Below are positions 29,329-41,014 of a DNA stretch of 64,000 bases, piece by piece (the first letter of the stretch is position 1; every line of letters begins with the position of its first letter). Origin of the DNA: the human T2T-CHM13v2.0 reference genome, Homo sapiens; assembly GCF_009914755.1 (NCBI RefSeq), contig NC_060929.1; one strand, 5' to 3'. The position numbers were made by a program, and so were the translations under genes. The notes beneath the pieces were generated by a model, which saw only the letters and a program-made list of their open reading frames with translations, had not been told where the DNA came from and ran no database searches.

Positions 29329-30464
29329 CTAAGACAGAGTTTATTAATGCCCTCAGAAACTTTTATTAAGACAGTTGAATTCTATTATGCTTATTTTTCT
29401 CTAAATGATCTAACCTAAAAATTTCAAGCATTTTTATTCTTCTTTTTAAACTCTGTGATTTTAAAAATCTTGAAACACATCCAACTATATGGTTGACTCA
29501 GATTTACTTGTAATTCATTATAACTTCCAATTTTTTTCATCTTAATGTATCAACCCTTTATGGACAGGGACCTTACTTTGTTCCATTTTCCTTTCGTTAA
29601 TTCCTATCCTGTAGGATGTGCCTGTTATAGTCATAGGATGAGCTTCTTACATAGTTATTTACTTAATAAGCAAATTGATAGTAGTCTGTACCTGTATTTC
29701 TTAATAGTGATGACCAACACTTTAAACATTGTTCTCATATAAATGTTAGATAAGTTAGTAAGAGTGGTAACAAAACAATGAAATTTTTTTACAGAACTGA
29801 GGGTTATAGCAACTATTGCACAATAATTTGTGTTGAAGATAATGAGAAAGTTATCTCAGTACCATTTTATGTCCACCTTGTTTACCCTGTCTTTTGATAT
29901 TTGAATAGGACAGCAGTAGACTTTAAAGACTAGCCTTCTGTGGTTATCTTCTTTTCTCCCTTGATTAAATTTTTAAAAGAGTAGCCCGATTCTTAGAACA
30001 AAATTTTACCACTTGGTTGGGGCAAAGATATCTTAACCCACAAGAACAGTTTATGTATATCGTAACTGCCCATACCTTACCAAATGAGACTCTGATTCTA
30101 TGTAGATTATTCTAAGCCTGTTATTTAGAAAGATTCTGCAGCCTTTGAGAGCAAAGCAGTCATGGGATGTATTCCTTAAGTTGGTGATAGGTTTTTGCTT
30201 AACATTTTAAATGGTGTCTAAAGTCCCTGTAAATTTAAAGAGTGACTGTTGGGTTGCTAGCCCAGTGATTAAGAACTCCGTAAATGTCATATTTCATGGG
30301 TAGATATGAATAACTGTAACTTCTTATCTACAGTGACCTCAATAATTTTTCTCAGTGATGGAGCAGGCATCTAAAGGTTAGCTCTTTAAAGTTCAAAGCT
30401 AACTCGGATAGTGAGGCATTGGATCAGATGTGCAAGTGGATTTTTCATCTAATGTGCAGCAATG

Positions 30465-30685
30465 TCAAAGGGCTTTGGAGTTTGCCTGCCTGACTTTGAA
30501 TCCTGGCTCTAGTATTTGCAAGCCCTGTGGAAATGCTAGTAAATGATTTAACATTTTTGTGTTTGTTTTCCTATTTGCATAAAGGATATAATTATAGTAC
30601 TATCCTCGTAAGGTTGTTGTAAACTTAAAATGGTACACTCAGCTTAAAGTGCTCAGCGCTCAATAACAGTCAGATATTATCATTC
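30465..30685 (+). mobile_element. MIR
   Basis: GGCTTTGGAG...TTTGAATCCTGGCTCT...GGTTGTTGT...GCGCTCAATAA. Confidence 0.6.
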
Positions 30686-33600
30686 TTCCTTTTCTATGAG
30701 GTATTTCTGTATCTTTTTTTAGCCATCTGCTCAACTTTTCCAGGACATATCTGGCACAGGGACTACTTCAGTCTGCTCCCACAGACTTCCCCTCTCTTCC
30801 CTTTCTTCCTTTCCAAACCGGCAGTGGTGTGGAATGCAGTCTTTCTAATTTGTTGTCCCTTTCATTTTCAGGGTTTTGACATTGCTTACTAGGAGAAAAC
30901 AGACTTTAACAAGCATGAGGAGGTGTTAAAGCTTAAATTCTACAGAGTACTTACAGTTATGATCTCTGGTATGATTCTTGCTTTCTTTGCAGAAATGTTC
31001 TTTATTCATTCAAAAATTACCTGCTTTCTCCTTTCTCCATGAAGACCCTCTTTTAGAAGAATCAGTACAGAGTGTGTGTGCTTGTTTGATAGGGTAACAA
31101 TTATAGATTTTTGCTCCATGAAGGAAAGGTTCCTTTGGGAATTCCTTTGCAAACTCAGCACAAAGTCTGTTATATTAATAATTTCTCAAACTCAAAAAGT
31201 GCTTGTGGTTGCTCCGTATGGGACTTCTGAAAAAAAATGTATAGCTGCAATTTGTGGGGAAGCTATACTGAGAAATAGATTGTGAAATTTATCTTTTATA
31301 AGGGTATTGTTGATGTTTTTGTTCCATTCGTTGTCCTCTTTTGAATAACTCTTGGGAAAAATTTCTATCTTGCTTTAGTATCAGTTGATTATTGATTTAT
31401 TTTCCTAAGTCATTGTTCCATCTTAGGACTCATACTATATATAACTGATAAAGCTCATCTTTTCTGATATTTTGCCTTTTTTAAAACCTCATCTTTTTTT
31501 TCCCTTTTTCTTTTTAGTGTTTACATTTTGACTTAGTGACTTTATATTTTAAATATCTTTGTAAGCTATCTTAAATAGTTCCTAAAACCAAGGTAGCTGT
31601 TGTATTTGTAAGTATTCAAACTAGGGCATCCTAAAATCCATAATTTCTTCACAATAATTATAGTTATTTGTTTATCTCCATGTACCACAAACTGTACAAA
31701 AACACTGTGTACAAAACACTGTATAAATCATCTTTTTTAATCTCTATAATAGCGTTATGCAGAAGATATTATTTTCCTTTTTAGGTGAGAAAATTAAGGT
31801 ATAAAAAGGTTAAGATCACAAAATTATGACCTTAGAAATTAGAAAGTCATATTTTGAATTCAATGGGACCCAGAACTTGGGCTCTAGCCTCTACCATTTC
31901 TAATTACTTGAAAAAGGATGAAGTAAATAGGTCCTCCATGTTTTGAAGGCTTATTGACTTATGACTTTTGTATGTTAGGGGCATAAGTATGTGGGCGATC
32001 CAAATCTTCGTTGGCAATGGTATTTGAACAGCTCAATGTCCAAGGACTTTAAAATATGTTGGAATAACTTAGCATTATTATCAAAAGTCAAGTTACAGAT
32101 CAAGGTGAGCGTAATATATAGCTTTATTTGCAATCACCTCTGATAATTTTACCTGAATTTATTTTAAATGGTAGAGTGTGGCCAGAGGAGATTATTAGAT
32201 GCATCATTACAAATTACAATTTTTGTGAAATTGTGAAATTCAGTAATTGGTTGTGTGAAGAAAGATACTCTTAGGGATAAACTTTCATTGTTATTGTTGT
32301 TCACTGTATTTTATTTCATTTTAAAAATCTACCTGATAATTCAGACAGGTGGTGTTCATTTTAAAAATGAAATGTAAATTCATCTGAAAATGAGCTAATA
32401 TCCTCAAGTGTTACCACTTGCTGTGTCTGAAAGCTGAGTACTTCACCCAGCCACACCTCCTAGTTGTACTGATGAATTGTGAAGGAGAGAGGAGGGAAGA
32501 GCAGTTTGTTTTCATCTGTCCTTGATTGAGAAGTCCAAATATATTTTCTTTAGAGTATGCTTTATGGTCTTTCTACAGAATATTAAATTACAAGAGAAAA
32601 AAATGTTTCTTCTCTCTTTTTTTGTTCCCAATTTCCTTTAAAAATTTTTTTCCTAACAGTTTTGGAAAGCATTCTCCTTCCAAGCATTTAAAAGCTTTTT
32701 TGGCATCAAATGCTGCCAGTGTTAACACTGGCAATTGGTGCAACTTACAATAGTGCATTAAATATAAATCTAATTTTTATATCACTTGCTTAAAGTCGAT
32801 TTGTGATAAACCCTGTTGGTAATGATATGAATTATATGGTATTATGAATTATTGCATGTGTGCCTCATGCGACTGAACTATATGGATGTAGGCATTTACA
32901 TGTTAACTTCAGTATCACTGAAGCTCTACAGATTAATTTTTGTTGTGTCTTTGTCAGCTTTGAATAAGGTCATGATGAGTTTCTATGTCCTTGAGTTAGG
33001 TAATTTCCTGTCTGGGAAAGAGACACTGAGTAATTAAAATAAATTATTTTAAGCACTTTTTGGAATTTCAAATTAACTTCTGACATAAACCTTTCTCATC
33101 TGGATAACTTCTCAGTCTTGAGATTTTTAGTGGCATGCCCTGTTCCCTTCGTGTAATTAGAATATTGCAGGGTATTTGAGCATTTAGCAGGTTTATCAAA
33201 TGTTTTGAAGCCCCCTGAGGAATACACAGAAGCATAATATTTTCTAAACTTTTCTGGTCTGTCTCTTTTTGTGAACGGGAGCGTTTATTTTGGTTTTAAC
33301 TACACAGTATTTGATTTTAGTCTGATTGATGTTTCCTCGGCCCTGGACTCTGCACAGTTAGGTTTTGCTTAGAGCACTCACCTTCAGTGAGTCTAACTTT
33401 TCTCTTTGCTTCCTTAGTTCTCTAGAGACCTTTTGGCTCCTGGTTTATTTTTTATTGTTGTTCTAGGGTCTGTGCCTTTACCAAATTAGATTTTCCCCTC
33501 AATTTAACCTTGCTTTTTAAAACAGAAGGTGAAAGCGACACTATCCTCCAACCTTTCTCAACTTCAGCTGAGGTTCGCATGAGAGAAGCAAGCACTACTG

Positions 33601-35003
33601 AAAACGACTTCAGTAGTTGTTTTCTTGTCTCCTGAGAGTGGTACATAGGTAGTACCCTTCTGGATACATAGAAGTGAAATTAATTCACTCCATTAACTGA
33701 TGCCTCTGGACATTAGAGCTTAATTATCTTGCAGAACCCCAGTTCAGAAGGACAGTAAAACTTGGTTTAAATGGATCCCCCAAAAATGGGTGGGATGGAT
33801 ACTGCTTCCTCAGGGCCTACATTGCACAAGGTCATGTACAGGACATCTTAAGATGGATTATTTCATTTAATATGAGACTTCACTTGAAAAGCTGTGAAAA
33901 TAGGGCCAGTGATTGAGCTTCAGTTAGACCTTTCATTATCTTTTATTTATTTTTTAAAAGGCTTACAGGAGACCCAGGCTAAGTCAAGTATGTTGTTTTC
34001 TCTTGCAGCTGAAATGATAAATCAAAGACCTTAAGACTGAGCTACCTAGCAATAGAGACCATGTCCATTTTGCACTCTTCTCTATCCTTAGCAAATAGAA
34101 TTTCTGGCCTATTACAGGTGTATGTTAAATATTTTTGTTAAAAGTCAGATGCAATCTAGACCAGATATACTGTGCATATTCATTCTTAATATCCCCCAAG
34201 ACAGTTTTATATGCTTTCATTTAAAATGTATACAGATTGTAAATAGAATATGAATCTGGTTATGGTCTGGCTGAGCCCCCAGATCTTTATTAAAGTGGGT
34301 GGATAACAATTCAGAGAAGGCTAGGCTTGAGTGGATTTGTTTCATGAACCTGGTGGGTGAGAGAGGCAAGCTTCAACAAGAGGAAGTCTTGTCCTGGAAG
34401 TCTGTCACAGGAAGCTCAGATTCTCTGGTTCCTGGGCCTTTGGCTGATGCTGCACCAGGTAAATGAAGAAGGAATTACAATAGGACAGACACTTCTCATC
34501 AGGAACTGTCATGAATCACTGCTTTATTGAGAAGAAATTGTTCAGTAATATGAGGAAATTGTTCACTTTTGACATAAGAGTGATCATCAGTGGCACAGTG
34601 ATGCATGAAATAAAGTATTCACTACTATTTCCCGATCCATTTAAAAATAATTTAGGCTTAAAATGACATCAGAGATATTTTTCTATATTATACATATTAA
34701 GAACAATATGACTTTGGTGAAAAGGACTCTAATAAAAACATGAAATCATTTAGAAAATGGAACAAAACTTTGACAAGTAGAAAAGTTTATGATTTCAAAT
34801 ACTATGAAGCTATTTCTAAAAAGTATTAATTAGTATTAATTATAATAGCATTGCCTTGATTACCTTTGTTTTTTTACCCAGAGTGTGGTATTTTGAGGCA
34901 TCCCTTATAACTAATTGTACTTTGTTGAAATCGGTATGCCAACTATGTGAGATTACATACAATTCCATATGAATAAATGCACCAGGTAAGAAAACACACA
35001 CAC

Positions 35004-35052
35004 TTTTTTTTTTTTTTTTTTTTGAGACGGAGTCTTGCTGTCCCCTGGGCTG
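35004..35052 (-). mobile_element. 3' end (tail + 29 nt) of the Alu broken by the inversion
   Basis: T20-GAGACGGAGTCTTGCTGTCCCCTGGGCTG then an abrupt switch to L1MC sequence. Confidence 0.9.
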
Positions 35053-35630
35053 CAACTTTCTTCCAGAGTACCTGTGAAAAAAGGGTTAGTGGGGAAGAGT
35101 AACTTACAATGGAGAAACATAACAAACACTACCTCAGCCAAGTGATTAAGATCATCACCAACAATGCTAAGTCATGTTGATAGAATGTATCTTCAATTTG
35201 ATACAATTAAAATAGCACTTCCCATAACCCCAGTCCAATATGTGAAAAAAATCAGACAAATCCCAATTTACGGATATTCTACAAAATACCTGATTAGTCC
35301 TCCTCAAAACTGTCAAGGCCATCAAAAAACAAAGAAAGTCTGAGAAATTGTCACAGCACAAAGGAGCCTAAAGACACAGAAGATGTAACATGGTCTCCTG
35401 GATGGTACTCAGGAACAGAAAAAGGACATTAGGAAAAAAAAAAAAACCTAAGGATATTATCTGAATAAAATATGGACTTTAATTAACAATAAAGTATCAT
35501 ACTGGTTCATTAATTGTGACAAGTATACCATATTAATATGAGATGTTAAAAATAGGAGAAACTGTATGGAGGGTATTGTTCTGCAAATCTAAAGCTGTGT
35601 TAAAATTACATGTTTATTTTTTAAAATTGC
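35053..35630 (+). mobile_element. L1MC-type 3' end (continuation of 41015-44100, flipped by the inversion)
   Basis: CAGACAAATCCCAATT...ATTCTACAAAATACCTG...CTCCTCAAAACTGTCAAGG...AAAGTCTGAGAAA; homologous to the - strand copy at 59357-60050. Confidence 0.85.
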
Positions 35631-35639
35631 ACATAAAAG

Positions 35640-36390
35640 ATTACTAATTCTAAAATATAAAATATTACAAATCGAAAAGAGAAAAACAACTCAAAGAGAG
35701 GGAAAGGCTATTTAACAGGATATCTACAAGAGAGAAAATCCAAATGACCATAAAATTTAACCAACAAACCAAAAGAAGATACTGACCTTATCTAATAAAA
35801 ATTAAAACATGATACTCTTTTATAACCATCAGTTTAGCCTACAATTAAAAGAGTAAAAATATCCATTGCTTACAAGCATGCAGAAAAATGGACAATCTCC
35901 TACATCGTTGAGTGAAGTGTGATTGCTATGACCTTTTACAAAGTATGAATAATATCTATCACAATAAGAAACATACATACACCTTTATCTAGCAATTGTA
36001 GTTTCCCAATCTATCCTACAGCAATAAAAGCAGCACAATGAAAATACATATGCATTGTTACATTGTAATGTTGTAAAACAACATTTTCAGTGGTGAAAAA
36101 TAGAAACAAACTTAATGGCCATCAATAGGGTAATGGTTAAATAAATTATGGTATATATAGACTGTAAAATATCATGCAGTTACTAAAAAGAGTATATGTC
36201 TATTAACCTAGAGAGATGCTATGAAGTTATTTTAAGTGATGAAAGAAAATTGTAGAGTAATATGTACAGTGTGATAGTATTTTTAAAACCCTTTCTATGT
36301 GCCTCTAAGTTTAAATATTTTTGGAAGCCTGCACAACTGGCTGTTAACATCAGTTATCACAGGAGAATGGAATGCAGCTGTAAATTTAAT
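35640..36390 (+). mobile_element. Ancient L1ME-type fragment
   Basis: Degenerate ORF2 C-terminus/3'UTR motifs (ATGGCCATCAATAGGGTAATGGTTAAATAAATTATGGTATAT). Confidence 0.65.
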
Positions 36391-36402
36391 ATCTTGTTAT
36401 TA

Positions 36403-36455
36403 TACACACACACACACACACACACACATACATACTAAAATAAAATAAAATAAAA
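36403..36455. repeat. (CA)n microsatellite followed by (TAAAA)n
   Basis: Seen directly. Confidence 0.9.
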
Positions 36456-37244
36456 CCTCAAGCATGATTGCCGTATGTTACATTTAGCTGTGGGATGTTC
36501 AGGAAAAATAAATGGCAGAGCTGCAGCAATTGACTTACATGATTGCTGCCTAGCAGCATTTCTGTAACACAGTAAAATGAGAAGATATTCTCCTTGGGAT
36601 CACCGTAACCTACTTTTTACATTAAGAGAAAAAGCACCAAGGTATTTATTTTTATCAGCGACCTACATGAGAGCAATGAGCCCAGGAAGTCTGTATTTGC
36701 TCTCATATAGGTGAGACTGCTAACTTCCTAGAAGTTGGGAAGAGTTCACACCAACTTTTGATAATTCAGAAAAATAGCATTTTAGAAAATAAAATGAAGT
36801 CCCACAAACATAAGTATCAAATCATACACAGGGAGGACCCAAAACAAGAAATTCGATTCAGGTGATGTTGGCAGCCATGGGACATGTCTGAAACCAGTTC
36901 AATCAGCAAGAGTAGCAGGGTACATTGAAAAGACACAAACCCAACTGGATAAGTCTAGAAAGCAAAAGCCAGAAAATGGAAAATGTAGTAGAACATTTCA
37001 AAACTGTTCAATTTCTTCTACACACAACATAGTCAAAGCTTTATTCAGCCACACAAAGGAAACATAGTATCTGAAGCTACTCAATCCAATCTTAAATGTA
37101 TGGCTATACTTATAATCAAACACTGTTTAACAGAAGCAGTGTCAATGAGTATGTTTTGACAGAAGGGAGGGAGGGAAAGAGGGAAGCAATTAAAAGTAAA
37201 GTTGCAAAAGATAATGTTGAAAGCCTGCACTAGGGAAATAGCCA

Positions 37245-37640
37245 TTTTTTCTTTTAAAAAATTTTATTGATACATAGCAATGGCATGTATTTATGGGGTA
37301 TATGTGATATTTTGATACATTTGTACAATGCATAATGATCAAATTAGGGTAATTGAGGTATCTATCACCTCAAATATTTATTTCTTTGTGTTGAGAATAT
37401 TTCAAATCTTTTCTTCTAGGTATTTTTAAAAATACAATAAATTACTGATAACTATAGTCACCTTACTGTGCTATCAAACACTCCAGCTTATTCCTTCTAT
37501 CTAACTGTACTTTTGTACCCACTAAACAACCTCTCTTCATTCTCGCCCCCCATTTTTCCCAACCTCTAATAACCACAATTCTACTCTCTACCTCTATGAG
37601 ATCTGTTTTGGCTCCCACATATGAGTGACAATGTGTGATA
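37245..37640 (-). mobile_element. L1MA-type 3' end, 5'-truncated
   Basis: TTTTATTGATACATA...TATTTATGGGGTA...CTCCCACATATGAGTGA; diverged TSD-like flanks GGAAATAGCCAT / GGAATGGCTCAT. Confidence 0.8.
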
Positions 37641-39699
37641 AGGAATGGCTCATCTTTAATTTGAAAGACTATGGATATAGAAAGGCAGACCTTCTTGAGT
37701 CTTCATGGACTGAGAGAACAGACAGAAGGAAAATTATATAAATATTTATAGCCAACCTGGTTAACACAGTCTTGCAAATTGAAGGAAAATATGTCCCAGC
37801 TGTAGTAAACCTATAGAATGAGAGTTTTATGAGCAATCTTGAAGCATATCCACTGGACTTTATAGTAAGTTCTCTAGACATATGAATATAAGACAAGATG
37901 CTAAAAGGAACAGATACAAAGGAATCCACATGCCAGATAAGGATATCAGTGTATTTCAGATTAGAGCTTCAGAAATATTAAGATGACAGGCAAGAGTCAG
38001 GCCTCAGAAGTGGCAAAATTACAGTGCTTTCTTTTGTAACCAAGTCTGTCACATGAAGGGTACATCTTAACTCCAAAGATGTCAGGAAGAAACAGAAAGT
38101 GTTTTAAAAGTCTTACTTACACTCAAGGCATTTGCTGAAGCAAAAGAATAAAGTAGAAAAGAATAATATGCTGTGACCAGACAAAACAAAAGTTAACATT
38201 AAGAGATTAGCAAATGTATCCACTCTGGCTTAAAGACCACTTTTGGTTCTGGTCATAGACCCCTCAAAACGCTTTGAGAAAAAAAAAACACACACACACA
38301 CATGAGTTTTCCTAGAAATGTTAAGCCTCCCTCAATGAGGTAATTTTGAGAGAAAAAGGATGTGGGGACAAGGCAGAATAATGGAAGGAGTGCTGGAACA
38401 AAAGTGAGAAACCTTAGGTTCTAGTCTTGGCTCTACCCCTGATTCACTGTGACACCCTGAGGTTTTCTGTAACATTCTTTACGACATGAGAGGGGTGAAG
38501 TATCCCATTCCAATACTTTAAGTGGTATAACTGAAATGTGTTTCATTTTGCTTTAAATGGAAATTTACTTGTGCTTATGGTTCTGAGTTTGAGCCAGTTT
38601 CCCATATTTTCCTTCTGAATAAGGCTATAATAAAATCTTCATTACAAATTTTTGTAATATTTTAAATTCTTACCTGGAACTGCAATGGTCTAGGCAAGTG
38701 TTTATAAACTTGTTTTACAATGCACTTTGATCAACAGGCTGGTTACACAAAGACTGATGTACAAAATAGAAAAGGGGGGCTGCATTGGTGAAGACTAGAA
38801 GCCAGGGTTTGGAGAACAGGAACAAGGGCTACGAAAGGTCAAGTTCTGCTCACTCAACTTCCCCACTGTGTTTTTGGAGAGGCCCCTGTGGGCTGCTACT
38901 GAAGCCCTCAGACTCCTAAGATTAACAGTGAAAGTCAAGGTTCTGTGAGAGGTTTTACCCCAAACAAGTGATGTGGGCACACATATTTGGCAACAAACGT
39001 TGAGGAACACAACTCTGTTTAAACCACCGTAAAACCTCCGTTTCTACAGTGAGGGAACTAACACCATTTGGCCTTTAGTTGGTAACAATTAATCACAAAT
39101 GCCTGTAAAGGACTGAAAAGGCCGCTACAGTGCTCTGTTACAGTTTTCCAGGTTACCCCAAATGTGCTCATGTGAATTTTTTGTTTACAGAACTATTAAA
39201 ATGAAAATACAAACATAAAACCAAAACCGTGTGACAACTGCAGACCCACAAGAATATGCCTTTCACCCCATAGAGTTTCTCTAACCTCTTTTTGATTAAA
39301 ACTGATTTCAGAAAGGGCAATGCAATCTCCATTTTCTTTCTCAGAAGTCTTTAAGATATATATTACATCTGTGAAAAGTCGCTTTACTGAATAACTGGCA
39401 CAGACTTCAATGATGAATACATCAAGAATCTCAGCTTCAGCCCAATCTGTGCCTCTACTGGGATTCAGCTGCTCCTGGGCCTTTAGGGCGACCCAAGGGA
39501 TTGCTCCCACCCACAGCCCACCTGAGGCCTGTTTGCATGAGTCAGTTTGTAGGAAGTCTGGTGTGGAAGCAAGAAAGGGCTACACAAAAGTCAAGATATG
39601 GGGTAGCAAGCCCTGTGGATTTCCCTAAGCCATAGGAAGAGAGAGGTGGCAGGCCAGTGGTACCTAAAGGCACAGGAGAACATCTAAATAAAGAAGTCT

Positions 39700-40470
39700 C
39701 TCACCCAGTCAATATTTATGGAGTGCTTACTATACATTCCATGTATTGTTCCAGGCAGTGGCAATACAGCAGTGAAAGAGCCACGGTTTTCTGCCTCTAG
39801 TAGGAAGAATAGCACATAAGTAAGTTGTAAATCTTAACAAGTGCTATGAAGGAAATAAAGAAAGCCTGTGGTAAGTGGGGACAACTTTGAATAAAATATA
39901 AAGGGAAGACCTCCACAAGGAGGGACATGGGAGCTGACAAGGAAAGATGAGAAAATGGAGTGAGAAGGAGAAAGACACTTCCAGGAAATAGCGAGAACAC
40001 AAGTCCTGTGGCAGGAGAAAGCTTGGCACTTGCAGGGACCAGAAGGCCGGCAGCATAGTGGGAGCCTATTGAGAGTGGGTGGTACAGCAGGACAGGCCAG
40101 GTTCCCTCCCACACCATAAGGGTTTGCATTCAATCCTCAAAGCTATGGAAACCCACGGGATGACTTTAAACAAATAATTTATTTTACTTACTGCTTTAAA
40201 ATATCACTCTGCTGTGAAAGGATGGAGTATACAAAGCAAGAGTGTGTAAAGGGAAAATAGAATTATCTTAAAGTCAGCCAGGAAGAAAATGATGGTGTCT
40301 GGGACCAGGGGTGGCAGTGAGAATGAGACAAGAAAATAGTTTCAAAGTTTATTTTGGAAATAGAATTGCTGATGGGTTGGTTATGGGAGGTAATGGAAAA
40401 GGCAAAATCAAGAATGACTCCTAGGTTTTAGCTTAAGTAATTGGATGTATGGTGGTGGTTTAGGTAAGGG
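39700..40470 (-). mobile_element. L2 fragment
   Basis: AATATTTATGGAGTGCTTACTAT...GTTCCAGGC...; GAATTGCTGATGGGTTGG...AAGAATGACTCCTAGGTTTT. Confidence 0.7.
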
Positions 40471-40761
40471 GTAAGGGAGAAGTTAGCACAATCTTAGGAG
40501 AATAATATGAGATGTTGACTAATATTAACCAAACATTAGCTGGAGATTTCTAACTCTTAAGATCTAGGTAGGACAACCTTGAGATCTCAGATCTATAGCC
40601 TGGGAAAGAGTAGATTCCAAGATTTCTCTTTTTTCCCAAGGGCTTAGGATCTCACCATTGTCTTGTGTTTCTGCCTTCTGTGTCCTCACCTCCAACCTCC
40701 ATTCATCCCTCTCAGCCTTTTCCCTATTTTCTTTTTCTTTATTTTAAAAATGTGTATATGA

Positions 40762-41014
40762 GGCCAGGCATAGTGGCTCATGCCTGTAATCCCAGCACTT
40801 TGGGAGGCTGAGGTGGGCAGATCATGAGGTCAAGAGATAGAGACCATCCTGGCCAACCAACATGGTGAAACCCCATCTCTACTAAAAATACAAAAATTAC
40901 CTGAGCGTAGTGGCACACACCTGTAGTCCCAGCTACTCAGGAGACTGAGGCAGGAGAATCGCTTGAACCTGGGAGGCGGAGGTTGTGGTGAGCCGAGATC
41001 ACACCACTGCACTC
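40762..41014 (+). mobile_element. AluSc-like element lacking its 3' end (which lies at 35004-35052)
   Basis: GGCCAGGCATAGTGGC...GAGGTCAAGAGAT.GAGACCATCCTGGCCAAC (Sc-type); stops abruptly at ...CCACTGCACTC with no tail. Confidence 0.92.

Larger units (their letters stand above)
35053..41014. other. ~5.96-kb inverted segment
   Basis: Reverse-complementing this segment rejoins the Alu (GGGCTG+GAGTGCAGTGG) and the L1MC (GGAAGAAAGTTG+TGTGTGTAGCCC); strand composition flips to A-rich inside. Confidence 0.9.
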
